Translations under genes and position numbers: made by a program
The notes under the pieces: model-generated
What the model saw: the letters and a program-made list of their open reading frames with translations, nothing else
Told to the model about the DNA's origin: nothing
The model's database searches: none
In this document: positions 1-13,709 of the stretch, in pieces
Numbering within the stretch: the stretch's first letter is position 1
Layout: every line of letters begins with the position of its first letter
Assembly: GCA_000934665.2 (NCBI GenBank)
Contig: KZ537970.1
Span: forward strand, 186,001-241,611
Length of the DNA: 55,611 nucleotides
Direction of reading: 5' to 3'
Source of the DNA: Catajapyx aquilonaris
Lineage: Eukaryota

Positions 1-104
1 GCAAACTATTCATTTATCATTCTTTTGAATGAAGGCAATAACTATTCCTATTGAATGGTATTTCCAGCCACTTTTAAAGCTGTTAGATTTGAACAGTATG
101 GTAC

Positions 105-1542
105 CGTGAAAAGGTCTCCGACGGACAGCTGATGATCTATGTACAGTTTTGCACCATACCAGAATGCCAGCGCATATGTGCCATACATCACAAGAAACAC
201 AATGGCACAGCCAATACCAATTACTTGGTACTTTCCTTTGGCAGTTTTGCTACCATCCTCCAAGGCTTTTTCATACCTGAAAGTGATTTTTTGGTAGCTA
301 ATTATTCCTAAAAGGGGAATAATATTTATTATGCTGTTGTAGTTACCTCCTGATTTCTCTAGGTTGGCCTCCGAAAGCAGCAACTGTCCTGATACATGCT
401 ATAACTTCATTTGCAATAGCACCTGCAAGTCCATACTTTTCTTGCTCTCGAGCTGAAGATGATGCCATCACCTACAGAAACATGGTTATTATACCAATGT
501 GTATTGCTTTCATGATGTCATTCTGCATTACCCTTCCGGTAAAAGCTGATGTCCCAGCAAGGACAGGTGTTAGAGCCATGATGATGAGAGTCAGTTTCCA
601 GCTTTTGGAAAAGCCCACAACGAAACCTGCTAAGAAGGTGGCCAAATACTGCATCACCATGCTGAACTTGTGACCAATGCCTTCCTTCACCCTTTCTACG
701 TCACTGAAAATATATTGTCAAAGTCTTGTCATGACCACCTCATTTCACATGGCATTATGAGTACATAAGGATAATTACTCTTGTAGCTTGGTGGTGAGGT
801 CGCCTGTTTGCTGATCATCATACCACGATATTTCCTGTCGCAACACTTGATAGAAAAACTTCTGTCGGATGTGAAAAACTTGTCTTTCACATGATATTTC
901 CCAACATAAAACCTGTGTGAGCAAGAATTTGCAGTAAATGGGACAGTTCAAGTCAGTTTTTAGACAACAATAATGTTATAATATCATTATGCGATATTAG
1001 TTAAATTACACCAGATATTTCGATTCTACCAATTGTAAAGTATACTTACTTGCATGATTGACATTGTGAAAACACCAATTCCAATATACACATATTCAAG
1101 TGCAAATGAAGTCATCATGGCCGAAAACTCATCAGAAGGTATGCAGTTACTATTTTGAGTTACAGAACTAGATGTTGTGCTCCAAGAGTCATTGGTAACT
1201 GTCCCGTTCACTTCAGACGGTGATGGATTGCAGTCCTATGGAATTCAGTGCAAAAAAATAGTGTTTTCTCAAGGAGATTAAAAAGGAATCATGTGTCTTA
1301 CATTTTGCCCCTGCTTAGTTTTGATGACAAATGCATCTGTCATCTTTCCAAAGACAATTCCCAAGATTGGCATAGCAGCTCCATGTATAAAGGCAAATAT
1401 GGAGCCGGCCACCAGAAGCATCACATCTATATAATCAGCATATCTAAACTGGAAACAAATTTATGGAAATTTAAAAATCAGCAGTGAACATAAATCAACC
1501 AGGTTAAAGAGTTACCAAAAACACAGAACGAGGTTTCTTCAT
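105..1542 (-). CDS. ABCB1: P-glycoprotein/ABCB1-like transporter, tandem paralog B; N-terminal TMD1 exons only, gene runs off the window start
   Basis: Spliced GT-AG exons give MKKPRSVFL|FRYADYIDVMLLVAGSIFAFIHGAAMPILGIVFG..|..[36 protein letters not shown]..|[18 protein letters not shown]..|..[11 protein letters not shown]. Intron positions largely match those of the neighbouring paralog. The start codon at 1542 is tentative. Confidence 0.9.
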
Positions 1543-3505
1543 GGTGTCAGTGTTATGCTAGCACAGAGCACGTAGAAATGTTCTTTCCGTCTGTGCCTGG
1601 CAATGGTACCTGACAGGAATGGATCTCTTCGTGACTTATGCCTCTGTGTTTTAGGCACTAACATGTTATATCACTGACAACACAAAGGCTACTAGATGAA
1701 TCTCTGTCGTGATTCATTGCCACACATGCTGTACAAGGAGAGGGACCAAATTGCTGGAAATCACACCAATGCAATGTATCAGTATTACATCATGGATCAT
1801 TATTTTCTTTTTAAACCCTGTATTACAATCATATTTACTTTTGAATCATAACATACAGTACAAATCATAATTGCTATACCAATGTGTTGCAGCCACAATG
1901 TTACTTATTGATATGAATAATGATTTTGAAAATACCATCACCAACATCCTTGCATCTGAATTTTCATCCGCTATCCTTATTATGAAGTAGGTTATTAGAT
2001 CCAGTCCTTAATATGCAGTATAATAGTGTATATTATCAGCTTCATCAAGTGAAGTAAATCTTATATGCAACAGTGCATTGCCGTGTTATGACCTGCATCT
2101 CATTTAAATACATTTGTTGGCTTGTCCATTGTTTATCCAGGGACATGTCAATTACTGTAGTTATACCTATTATTGGGATAGAAACGTTGACACTGGTATG
2201 ATGATGAGATCCGTTTTCTGGAATCTTACGTCAACCTTGCAATGAACACTATACAGAACATCACATTAGGTAGGGTACATTGTGAAAATGCGGCATGCTG
2301 TCATAGAACCTTGTGCTGACGCACATGTACTTCTAGCTAAACAGTCACTATAGTATGTGCAGTAGGCTACTACCTCTTATTTATAGATTGCCCCATTTCC
2401 CACAGTAATTCATATTGCTTGTTCCTTGCCTGTCTTAAATTTTGGAGCATGTTTCGTTTCATAACGTGAAAGATCAATTATAATAAAACCTTTATACCCT
2501 ATAATGCTTTTCAAGTAACATACTAAAAGTACTGATATAAGCAGGAATTCGTTATATGTAGGAAATACTTCACATGGGATCTGATAATGAGAGACCAAAA
2601 TTCAACCTCCCATAGTCGCCATTCTTTTAATACAAAAAGAAAATTGTACAGTAAATTGAACGGCATCAAATTCACATAAGTACATTGAACAGTTGCATGT
2701 ACTGGGCATATCATATCCATTTCATTTCATTCTTCCTAGTTTTTCCTATAATATATTGCATTTATTGTGTTACATATGCTGTAGAATAAATCAAGGAGGT
2801 AGGGGGGTGCATGATAGCAAGAGTTAATGATAGGGAGGGAATCTTGATTAGCAAGTATAGTACAGTTGGTGCACAGGCAAAGGAGACAATCAAGTTTTCT
2901 TCTGCTGCTTATTATATCCACTATAGCTGTGGTACTAAAGTGACTCACACTGATGTACATTTTTATAAATAATTGCTAATTGCATGTGTTAACAGCATCA
3001 GATTGATAGTGATATGATACAACATGCTGCATTGGATAGATCTTTAGTTTGGGTTACTGTCATGTGACTGGATATTTGTTTCAAAATTTGAACTGGATTA
3101 AATTTACAACAGCTCTTACATAAGTAATTTAGGAATGCAACAATTCATTTTTGTACACATAAGCCCAAAGTGTTCAAGCTTATAACAACTGGTATACCTG
3201 ATTACATTATGCATTTCAGTGCAAATTAATTCATTTGTATTAGTTTATTTCCCAATTATGACTGATTAAAAGAGAAGGGTCTGGCTAAAGAGAGAAATAA
3301 TTACTGATCAAATTTATTGAATGAGAGTATATGTTTGAAAAAAAAACTATCGCATCACTAAGATAAGATCAAAAAACATCAACTTCATCAACATAAAAAA
3401 ACATGTTCTCCTAATACAATAGAAAGCCTTGAGTATCAAGAACACTTATCAGAGCATTGCCATAAGTGTATATGTGCAGTACAAAAATAATACCCATATC
3501 ATCAA

Positions 3506-6500
3506 CTAATGGGTAATCTGCTGGCGCTTGGTGAGGCGATAATAAAGCCCTCTCTTTGCTCGAAGCTCTTCGTGGGTTCCCATCTCTACAATTTTCCCCC
3601 GGTCCAATACGGCAATACAATCAGCATTTTGAACAGTGGATAATCGATGTGCTATCATGATGCAAGTACGCCCTTTCATGGCCACATCTAATGCTTCTTG
3701 TACAATCTGAAAGCAGAGAGCATAGTTAGGTTCCACAAGGTTGCTTAGACCTCCACAAATTTCTACCCACCTTCTCATTTTCAGTGTCCAGAGCTGAAGT
3801 GGCTTCATCTAATAGGAGTATCTTAGGGTCCCGAATGAGAGCCCTGGCTATGGCAATCCGTTGCTTCTGACCTCCCGAGAGCTGTGCCCCACGTTCTCCA
3901 ACCAATGTTTCATAACCTCTTGGCAACCCACAGACAAAGTTGTGAATGTTTGCTATCCTGGAAGCTTTGATGATATCATCATCCGAAACATCACCCTCCA
4001 CACCATAGGCAATGTTGTCACGAATTGAGCAATCAAACAGCACTGGCTCCTGTGTCACCAAACCCATTTGCCTCCGCATGTGAGCCAGATTTAGGGAACG
4101 AATGTCAAAGTCGTCTATTGCCTTCATTAAAAAATTAATGAATAACCTTGGGCTCTCTAGAAAAACGTATTGTGACAAAACATACCAGTGATCCATGCTG
4201 GGGATCATAAAATCGTTGCAGCAAGGACACAATGGTGCTCTTCCCGCAACCAGAAGGTCCCACCAATGCTAAACTGTGCCCTGGCTCCACAGTCAAATTC
4301 ACCCCTTGTAGCACATTGACCCCTGGTCGTTGGGGATAACTGAAGTGCACATCATGGAAGGCCACTTTGCCATGTACTTCCTGTTGAAAGTATTCCAGCA
4401 TTACAGATGTGAAGAGCTGTCAGTAGAAATACATACGAACCGGCTTGTTCCCAGACTTGGAAAATGCATCAATCAAGGGCTTCATCTCAATCAAGTTAAA
4501 CATCAGACCAGCTGCTAGTTTGGCTTTTGTGTAATCTGGCATGAAAGCTGTTGTCTGCCCCACGGAAACAGCACAAAACGAAATGGCAAAAAATACCCTG
4601 CAAAAGGGTCAGGTTATTCATAGTAATCTCTCTGGTGCAAGTCAAACGTCGTTTTCTCAAACCTATATATGGAGGTTGGGTCCGATTCTCCAATTTCAAC
4701 CAAATAGGCACCGAACCTGAAAGCTGCTGCGTACATGAAGAAGGTTACTGCCTCTGAGAAGGCAAAGGTAAGGCCATACACAAATGCTTGCTTTCGTGCT
4801 TCCCTGAAACAAAGGCCAATTTTGTAAATAATACCACTAAACTTGAAAACAGTCACCTTACATGTATGCAGGCAGTAGGCTATCCAAGAACTTCTCAAAA
4901 AACAATTTTTCTTGTGTCAAAGCCTGAACAGTTCTCACATTTTGCAGTGACTCATTGGCAATCTGTAATGGATAAATTAATTTCAATCTCATAAAATGTT
5001 TTCATTTTACGAGGAACAATTTCAGCCTGGCATCTTGTCCTTACCCTTCCAGCTTCTTCCAATAACTCTGCATCTTTGCGCTGACCTCCTCTTTGTATCC
5101 TGAATTGAATGTAACCAGCAATGGCCAAGATTGGAAACCCTCCCATAACCACTAATGCAAGTTTCCAACCAAAAGCGAAGGCAATAGTCATGGCAGCCAC
5201 AATAGTCACTATGGCTGTCAGCATAAGACCAACTCGATGGCCAGCTGCCTGCTTCACGATGGGTGCATCTCTGGCAAGTCTAGTGGTAATGCGTCCTCCT
5301 GAATGGGATTCTTCGTCAAACCAGCTGACGGACTGTCGAACTACACTGACAAATGACATCAACCTCAACCTCATTGTCAAGCCTTCACCAGCAACTGCAA
5401 GTCCCACCGTCTGTCCAAAAGGTATTGTTAATAAATTTATATAGATACATTGCAATTACACTGACCCGTAGCCAAGCTCCCAATGCACAAGTGGCTGCCA
5501 AAACTAGAAACATCATGGACCAAAAGAAAGCTGCTTCCTGGAGCTCTTCTCCTGTCTTGGTGAATGTCTGGAAAATTGCCACCCATGTATCAAACAAGTG
5601 CTCTGCCTAAAACTTACATGTAGTACATACTGCAAACATTTCACTGTAAAAATAAGCGAAAGCAGGCATGATGCCCCCGGAGATTGCAGCTCCAATGACA
5701 CCGATGAACAAATATGGCCACTCAGGCAGATTCATTTTCACGATCCTCCACACACTGGGCTCTTTCACTTCTTCCTGTAATGACAATAAGTTCACTAGCG
5801 GAATAAAATGAGATGCAGTTTTCATAGCACCGATAATAATTCAATGCAACATGAGATTCCAATCTGAATAATTTACGTCTAACCTGAAAAAAAGTAAGAA
5901 ATGAAGTCTTCCTTTTTTCTTCAGATTTGATAAGTAAACACTTACCTCCTCTGCCTGCATTTCTAAGCGCTCAAGGTCACGATCTGGAGTTGCAGTTCGA
6001 GACACAGAACTGGATCTGCGGGTTCTTTTGTGTCGCTTCTCTAAGAGCTCATCATCATTGGTTGAAGTGTATCTGAAACATATCATTAGTTGGTTGCAAA
6101 ATAATGTGCATATTGAATCATATTATGACACAAAATGCAGAATTTACCCTGTCCCAGTTCCAGCATCACTTGAGAAACCAGTAACTTCATTTGTCGTTTG
6201 GGAGGTAACCAATTCGTGGTATAAGCCTTCTTTGTTCATCAGATCCTGATGTGTGCCCTTCTCTTCCACATCGCCATTCTGAATTAATTGTAACATGTGA
6301 TGAAAAAAAATTGAAGTCACATGAGACACCCATTGCAAGTGTAATCATTTGCACTAGCCCTGCGTGAAATATTCTCCACTCACAGGAAAGTGGCTCCATC
6401 AATATGCCAGCCCACCTTATTAAAATTGTTGCTGACACAATTATATTCCTCTTACCTTCATCACGTAAATGCAGTCAGCATCCTTAATGGTGGATAGGCG

Positions 6501-9500
6501 GTGAGCAATTATGATAGTGGTGCGACCTTCCCGAGCCTGTAAAATTTAAAATGTGTAATTTACGTGAACATCACCCAAAATGAGAGAGACTCACTTTGTT
6601 CAGTGCAGCCTGTACAATTCCTTCACTATGAGCATCCAGTGCAGATGTAGCTTCATCAAGAAGAAGGATCCTAGGATTTCTGACCAATGCTCGAGCAATG
6701 GCAATGCGTTGCTTCTGCCCTCCAGAAAGTTGAGCTCCTCTTTCACCAACCAAAGTGTCATACCCCTACTCAATCAAAGAAATGGCATTAAATCACATAA
6801 TTACTTTCACTATCCACTTGCCCTTACATGGGGTAACGTGAGGATGAAGCCATGAGCATTTGCCATTTTTGAAGCTTTGACTATGTCATCCCAAGTGACA
6901 TCATCACGCCCATATCGAATGTTTTCTCCGATGGAACAACCAAAAAGGACAGGCTCTTGTGACACAACTCCAATGTGGTGGCGCAGAACAGCTAAGTTAA
7001 TATTCCGAATATCGGTGCCATCCAACAAAACCTGCAAAGAGTTAATCACATGAGAGAAGTTTTTTACAAATGGCGTTCCCGAAATATTCTGTATTCTGGT
7101 GATTAGTTATGGTGGATGGATCAACTATCACTTCTGCCATAATCAATGACAATTAATGCATCATAAATGCAAGAAAGTAAAATTTCTTATAACATTGTAT
7201 CATCTCAGCAGAACAATCCTTAATCTCTCTAGTGTTGCAAAATCACATTTGCATGAACTTACTTGTCCTCTTTCAGGGTCGTAGAATCTTAGGAGTAGAT
7301 TAACCACAGTGCTCTTTCCAGAACCAGATGGTCCCACCAAGGCTATGGTTTGTCCCGGCTCCAAATTCAGCTTAAAGTCTTTCAAAATCTAAGGACAGTA
7401 TTAAATGAGTTACAGCACATAAAGGAGGTGAGGTCAAAAGCCCTGTTCAATACTGAATGAAAATTGACAGGCTGTCTGAACACTGACACAGACTGGCAAT
7501 TTAATGAAGCTTTCAACAGTTATTTTTCATCATCTGACAGTGAGTAATCTTACCTGAACCTGTTTTCGAGTTGGGTAACTGAATAACACATTCCTGAATT
7601 CTATTCTTCCTTCAACCCGCTCAGGTTTTTCCCCCCACTTGCTGTAGGGGTCTATGAAAGGTATGGAATCTATTATTCCGTAGCTCACAGCCGCTGATCC
7701 CTGAGCCACTCCAATGGATGACACGTATGGAACAGCATTTCCGAGAGAAAATGCTCCTACCAAAACACTGAAGAATACCTGAAACAAATGCCACCATCAT
7801 GGTCACTTTTGTCATGGAGCTTCATTCCATTCCTTACCGTAAAAATAGTGCCAGGATCCAGCAGGCCTCTGGAGAGCAGGTCTGAACCATACCAGAAAGC
7901 TAGAGCATATGCACTGTACATGACCAGAAACACAACTGCAATGCCCCAGGAAAATACAACATATTTTTTGACAGCCATGAGTCGACCAGCCTCCAAAGCA
8001 CTCTCATAACTATGGCAGATGAAATAAATTAAGAATTAGTTTTGCAACCAAATAATCTTAACTTCTTCCAGACGCACCGCTTAATTTCTCTTTCCTGCCC
8101 ACCAAATGAGGCAACTGTTCGAATACAAGCTATAACTTCATCAGCTACAGCACCAGCCAATCCATACTTTTCCTGCTCTCGTGCAGATGAAGAAGCCATC
8201 ATCTATGGATTAAAGGACATCAGCAATGTGATTCTGCAGGTGTGAATATAAATCTTCATGAAATAACCTCACCCTTCCAGTAAATGCAGAGGTGGCTGCT
8301 AGAATTGGAGTCAGTGACAAGATGACAAGTGTCAGCTGCCAACTGACAAAAAATCCCACAATGAATCCTGCTAAAAATGTGGAGCAAAACTGCATCACCA
8401 TGCTGAATTTGTGTCCAATTCCATCTCGTACTCGTTCCAAATCACTGAAGAAAAACATGAAAAGGTTACTTTCAATATTCTTAATTTTCAAGCAAATTCC
8501 ACTTACTCCTGCAATTTGGTGGTAAGATCTCCTGTCTGATGCATGTCAAACCAAGCAATTTCCTGTCGCAATACTTGAAAAAAGAAGTCCTGCCGAAGTC
8601 TATACACTTGTCGCTCGCAAGAAATTTCCCAACAGAGCACCTGTGCAAGGACACATGTTAGTGGGGATGATTTCTTTTATAACAAATGTAACTTATAAAC
8701 TTTCAGTTCAGGGATTGTACCTGCATGAATGAAGCCACAAAAACAGCAATTCCTATGTATACATAGTACATTGAGAAGTTCGTCATGTATGCAGCAAACT
8801 CCTCCACTGTGAGTCTCTCCCCATATTGAAATGAGAAACTTTAAAAAAGTAAGGACAACATAATCATAGATATATATTTTCATACATTAAAATTTTTCAC
8901 CCAACGGACCTTGTATTTTCAACTGGTGTAGTAGGTGCAGTGCTCGTATGAGTGGTGGAAAAGGTTTCATTGCGTTTCAAAGTTGTAAGGGCACTAATGG
9001 TGGTCCCATTATTATTGGAAAAATTTCCTGCCCCAACCCAATGATATTCAGGGTTAACAGGTAATGGTCCTGCTATAATATTTGAGCTGTACACATTAGC
9101 AATGGGTCTTATTGCTGGAGAGTCAGGTGCAAAACCCTGTGAATGAAAACAACACATTATTGCATTATGTCAAACAGAAATGACATGGTTTTCCAAACTT
9201 ACAGAGGTTGCCTGTTGAATAAATGTGTTGGTCATTTGGCCAAACACAAGGGCCAAAATAGGAAGGCCTGCTCCATGAACGAAAGCAAAGATTGATCCGA
9301 GGGCCAAAAGAAACTTGTCCGTGCAATCCGCATAGCGAAACTTAAAATGAAGTGCAGGAGTGGTACTGTACTGGTATGACATTAACAATGAACAACACTT
9401 TTTACTGAGAATACTATCATGCACCTAACAGAATCCTTCACACATGTCAATAAAATGCACAAAAACTGTGATGCACTAGTCATAATCAGATAGATTAGCA

Positions 9501-10143
9501 CTAATGTTAACAAAATTGATAACTTATCACTAAGTCACTTGTGACCAAAAGAGATCAGTCTGTCTGATTTATTCCATCATTTTTATAAAGTATGTGATAC
9601 CAACTTGTCACTATACATGTTTACATGAAGCAGTTACCACCACAGAGGGAATAACGCCATAAATGTGGTGTACAAATTTGCAGAAATTCAGACTCTAAAG
9701 CACATAAAAACCTCTCAACAGTCCTCCATAAAAAACATAGATCACAAATCCATGCACACCTAATAAAGTAGCTTCCATCACACACTCTCAATCTTTTCAT
9801 ATTGGATGACTCCCTGCTCTCAAAGTATATGAACAAAACCTTGTATACCACATCAATCACAAGTGCAATGACATTCTGTCCTTTAAAATCACCTTGAGTA
9901 CACACCCCATTGTACTTCTGCAAACTTACCAGCTCAATGACACTGATTTTCTTCGGTTGGTCCCCTTTAGCCTGGCTCTTTCTAGACACTCTCCTGTGAA
10001 GCAATGCAGCATAAACCAATGGCACTAAAACATGTGAATAGAGAAATCACTTACTCTGCCACCAGGCTCTGATGCGAACCGTAGAACGATTCAACACCAT
10101 TTTTCTTTGGAGATTCACCCAATAACTTTTCTGTTTCTTCCAT
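3506..10143 (-). CDS. ABCB1: Full-length P-glycoprotein/MDR ABCB1-like transporter (TMD-NBD-TMD-NBD), multi-exon
   Basis: Contains two Walker A motifs ([18 protein letters not shown]), two [15 protein letters not shown] signatures, [11 protein letters not shown] and AHRLST motifs, and two TMDs. Exons are joined by GT-AG introns from ATG 10143 (MEETEKLL) to TAG 3506. Confidence 0.95.
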
Positions 10144-13100
10144 CCCCTTCCCTTCACTCCTGCACTGCAACTGCCCTCTCAAATGGCGGATGATTGGGTC
10201 TGGTATGCCCTTTTCTGATAGCTTATCTGCCAGGGAGATGCTACTATTGAAAAGGCAGCATGTGATTGAGCTCACATTTCACTCAAGAGTCCAGAGTGCG
10301 CTGATGCAAGTGGTTGACGGTGGGGTATGAAATGACTGCATGTCTCAAATAACTGTCATGGTGCTTTATTTATGACCAAGTTACCCGGATCACTGTACAA
10401 TATAGAAATACTGCTGGGCAGATTTTTAGGCTATCTACAACTATGTCCACACTCAAAAGAGGTCCCAAGTCCTCCTCTTGGCCCGCTCAGGTAACTTATA
10501 GTTGGCATGCAATCTCTTTCACCTCCTAGCTACCTGCTACACATGCACACGTACATACACACACACTCACAGGATAGGTTATGTACAGTACAGTACACAA
10601 GTATTGCACAAGATATGCTGGAAGAGCTGCTGAATTATCGTCACAACCTGCTTTATGATGCCACACACTGCTCTATACCACTAATCCCTAGGGAAGAAGG
10701 TACACACTCTCTGGGCTACTACATATTGCACTCTGCTCATACCTCGTCATACCTTGCATTGCACAGCTATACCACAACCACATTTGCTGTTATAAAATAC
10801 TCTCCACCTCCATCAGCACCCTTCTCTATCACCATCTTTAAGTAACAATGTCCTGAGGGAGAAGGGACACAATCTTACACATGAAAAGCCCCTGGTGATA
10901 TTAGCTTCAAACCCTGGAACAAGCCCCATTGTCCATTAAAGGCTTTGAATAACCTTTTGGAGATTATGCTTAGTTTGAGGTGCATTTGATTTGCAATGCT
11001 CTCAAAGCATTAAAACATCAGTTGTGTCAATGCAAATATCACTACGAAAACACACTTGGTTCACCAATAGAGAGAAAGGAGTGGAATCTTGACAAATTCT
11101 CCATCATTTGTGATGCAATTGATGGGATTGTAACAGCCACTGTACATGCAAGAATTTGTGGAAGGTCCCACTCCCTTCTGTCCTGCGTTCAAACAGCACA
11201 GATATTCACACCCTGGATTTAAGGCTGGATACTTCCAGCAATCTGCACGTGCTAATATTGCACATGTTCTCAAACCCAAATTAACAGAAATAACATTATG
11301 AAATTATCGTGATACATTGTGACACATTTCATAAGAGTCATAAAAAATGAACAAGTCCTGGGGGAAAAAATTGTTTAAATGCCAAAAATTAGTTTTAGTA
11401 AGATAATTTCCCAAGTTTTGCTTTCTTAACATATGTGCATGATCCGATTACCACAATTGAGATTAACACCCTGCACGACAGAATGAATCAACAGTGGTCA
11501 AGCAAGACCACAAATCACTTGGTGCTGCAGTTAACCTCAAATTCAACACACTTCACATGGATGACAGCTTTGGTCATAATTTTAAATTTTGGCTTCTGAA
11601 CCTGTTTTCTAGGAGTACCCACAATAATAATAATGTGTGGATTAAAATACAGCACTGGTAACACAAGTCATCATAGTACAGTGCAGTAACATGTGCACAT
11701 TGCACAACTCATCATCCCTATAGTCATGTGACTCTTGGTTGCATAAAAAGGTACGTAATAGACACATGTTCATAAATTAAATTAGGTGGCTAATAAAGCA
11801 TCACTTGATTACTACACATACTTCAACTGGTGATCTACACATTGGCATGATTCTATTCTCAGATCACTCTGACTGTGAACCTTGATTATACACCTTTTTT
11901 AAATAAAAAAACACGGCATGCCCTAATTGTTGGGAAATTTTGTTACACCAACCAATCCCTTGGCTATTGCTACTATGTTGAATACATCTGGCTGTCACCA
12001 CAGGGCACCAGGGCTCCAAGTGTAGAGATATTTATAATGGTCATTCAAAAAAACCAGCCAAAGTGAATATTAGAAAGACATTGCAATGTACTTAATAAAT
12101 AATCACTACAGCAATTCGGCACTTATCCCACAATCCCCTGCCTTCCATACAAGAGGAATCAAACATCTGATGTCACAGTCACAGTGGAATAAGTGCCTTA
12201 ATAGCCACCATGATTACTTTTAAGGTAATTTGCAATATCTTTCTAATATGCCCTTTGGCTTGTTTTCATTTGAATGACCCTTACAAAGGTTCGCAGTTAG
12301 AGTGATTGGAGCATAAAGTGGTTAACAACAACAATGAAAAATGCTGGTAAAATTATTGCCATAAAAATGCATCTACTTGCAACATTGCAAGCCAATATCA
12401 TATTATAAAAATCAGTTGCTGTCAACTGAATGCGAAGTTTAAAACTGGTCACAAACCTCGAGGTTTAGAAATAATCCTGGTATAAGAGAGCCACTTTGAA
12501 AAGAAATTAAACTAATAGTACCTTCACACTACAAACGAGTTTAACCCATGCAGGAAAGGCTTAGCACGTATAATGTCATCCATTAGTCGAGAACACATGC
12601 CAGTGCATGTTGCATTATGTTGTTCCCAAAACACTGTCTGTCCCTGATTTACCACATTCTAGTGTCGAGTACCGTATTGACCCAAACAAGCTAGGGAAAA
12701 TTTCCCTTTTTTTGGTCAAGCAGGCATCTGCATCATTTGTTAACCTTCTCTGGTGAAAAAGTTAGTTTCTTTCATTCAACTAACCAACTAGGCAAACATC
12801 AGACCACTTTCTGCTTCTCAATTATGTGTTTAGACAAAAACCACAACTCTGGCATCCTCAGAAAAAACACTATAATTGAACTGAAAACTATCATGCAAGT
12901 CACTAAATATTAGGAAAATTGTAGGAATACTTTGAACACCAAAGCATACCAGGAATAACTAACTAGTAGCCTGTCTCCATATTTAAGTGCTTTCTCGTCC
13001 CTCTACTTTCCAGTAGTCTTATTTGGGGAGGGGAAGCTGTCAAAAACTCTGGAGGGACAAATTAGAATAACAGGAAGCCATTGTCACTTCATACATGTCT

Positions 13101-13169
13101 CCAACAGCGTTTATCAGTAATAAAATCTCCCCATGCGAAAAAGATTGGACAGTAAGCTGCGAGCTTCTA

Positions 13170-13709
13170 CAGGAAGTACCCGTTTTACGCCGTTAATTGG
13201 TTCCAACAAAATGCAGCGTAAAATGAATCAGCGTAAAAACAAGACAAAATTATAATTTAAGTAAATGAGATAGGTTCCAAAATTTCCAAACAATACCCAG
13301 AGGCAGTACTAATATTGCTGTTTATAATACCAAATTTTTGAAACATTGATTAATGGGAGATTCCAGGTTGAGGGGCATCAGGTTCTCAGGGCTCCTTTCC
13401 TCATTTTGGCAAGAACTGCAATACATGTCGTGTATTTAACAACGGTTAAGAGTATTTCAGGGGGTGCCGAGACCAACAATACAGTACTGTATATATTGAG
13501 AGCCACAAGGCACCAGGAAAACCTGAAGAAGAGGCTTTACGGTTGTGTTTGGACTTCGAAGTGTTGCAGTGATGTGTTTATGTTATGTTATGTGTTGTTA
13601 TATTCAAAATTTTCACAAAATTTCGATGGGAAAATTTCAAATGTAATTTTTTAACTTACGCTAATGTGAAATGGCATAAAATGGAGCAGTGTAAAACAAG
13701 TACTTCCTG
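13170..13709. mobile_element. Non-autonomous Tc1/mariner (Tigger/pogo-like) MITE, 540 bp
   Basis: Terminal inverted repeats CAGGAAGTACCCGTTTTACGC and GTGTAAAACAAGTACTTCCTG, each flanked by a TA target-site dinucleotide (13168-69, 13710-11). No transposase ORF is evident. Confidence 0.75.
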
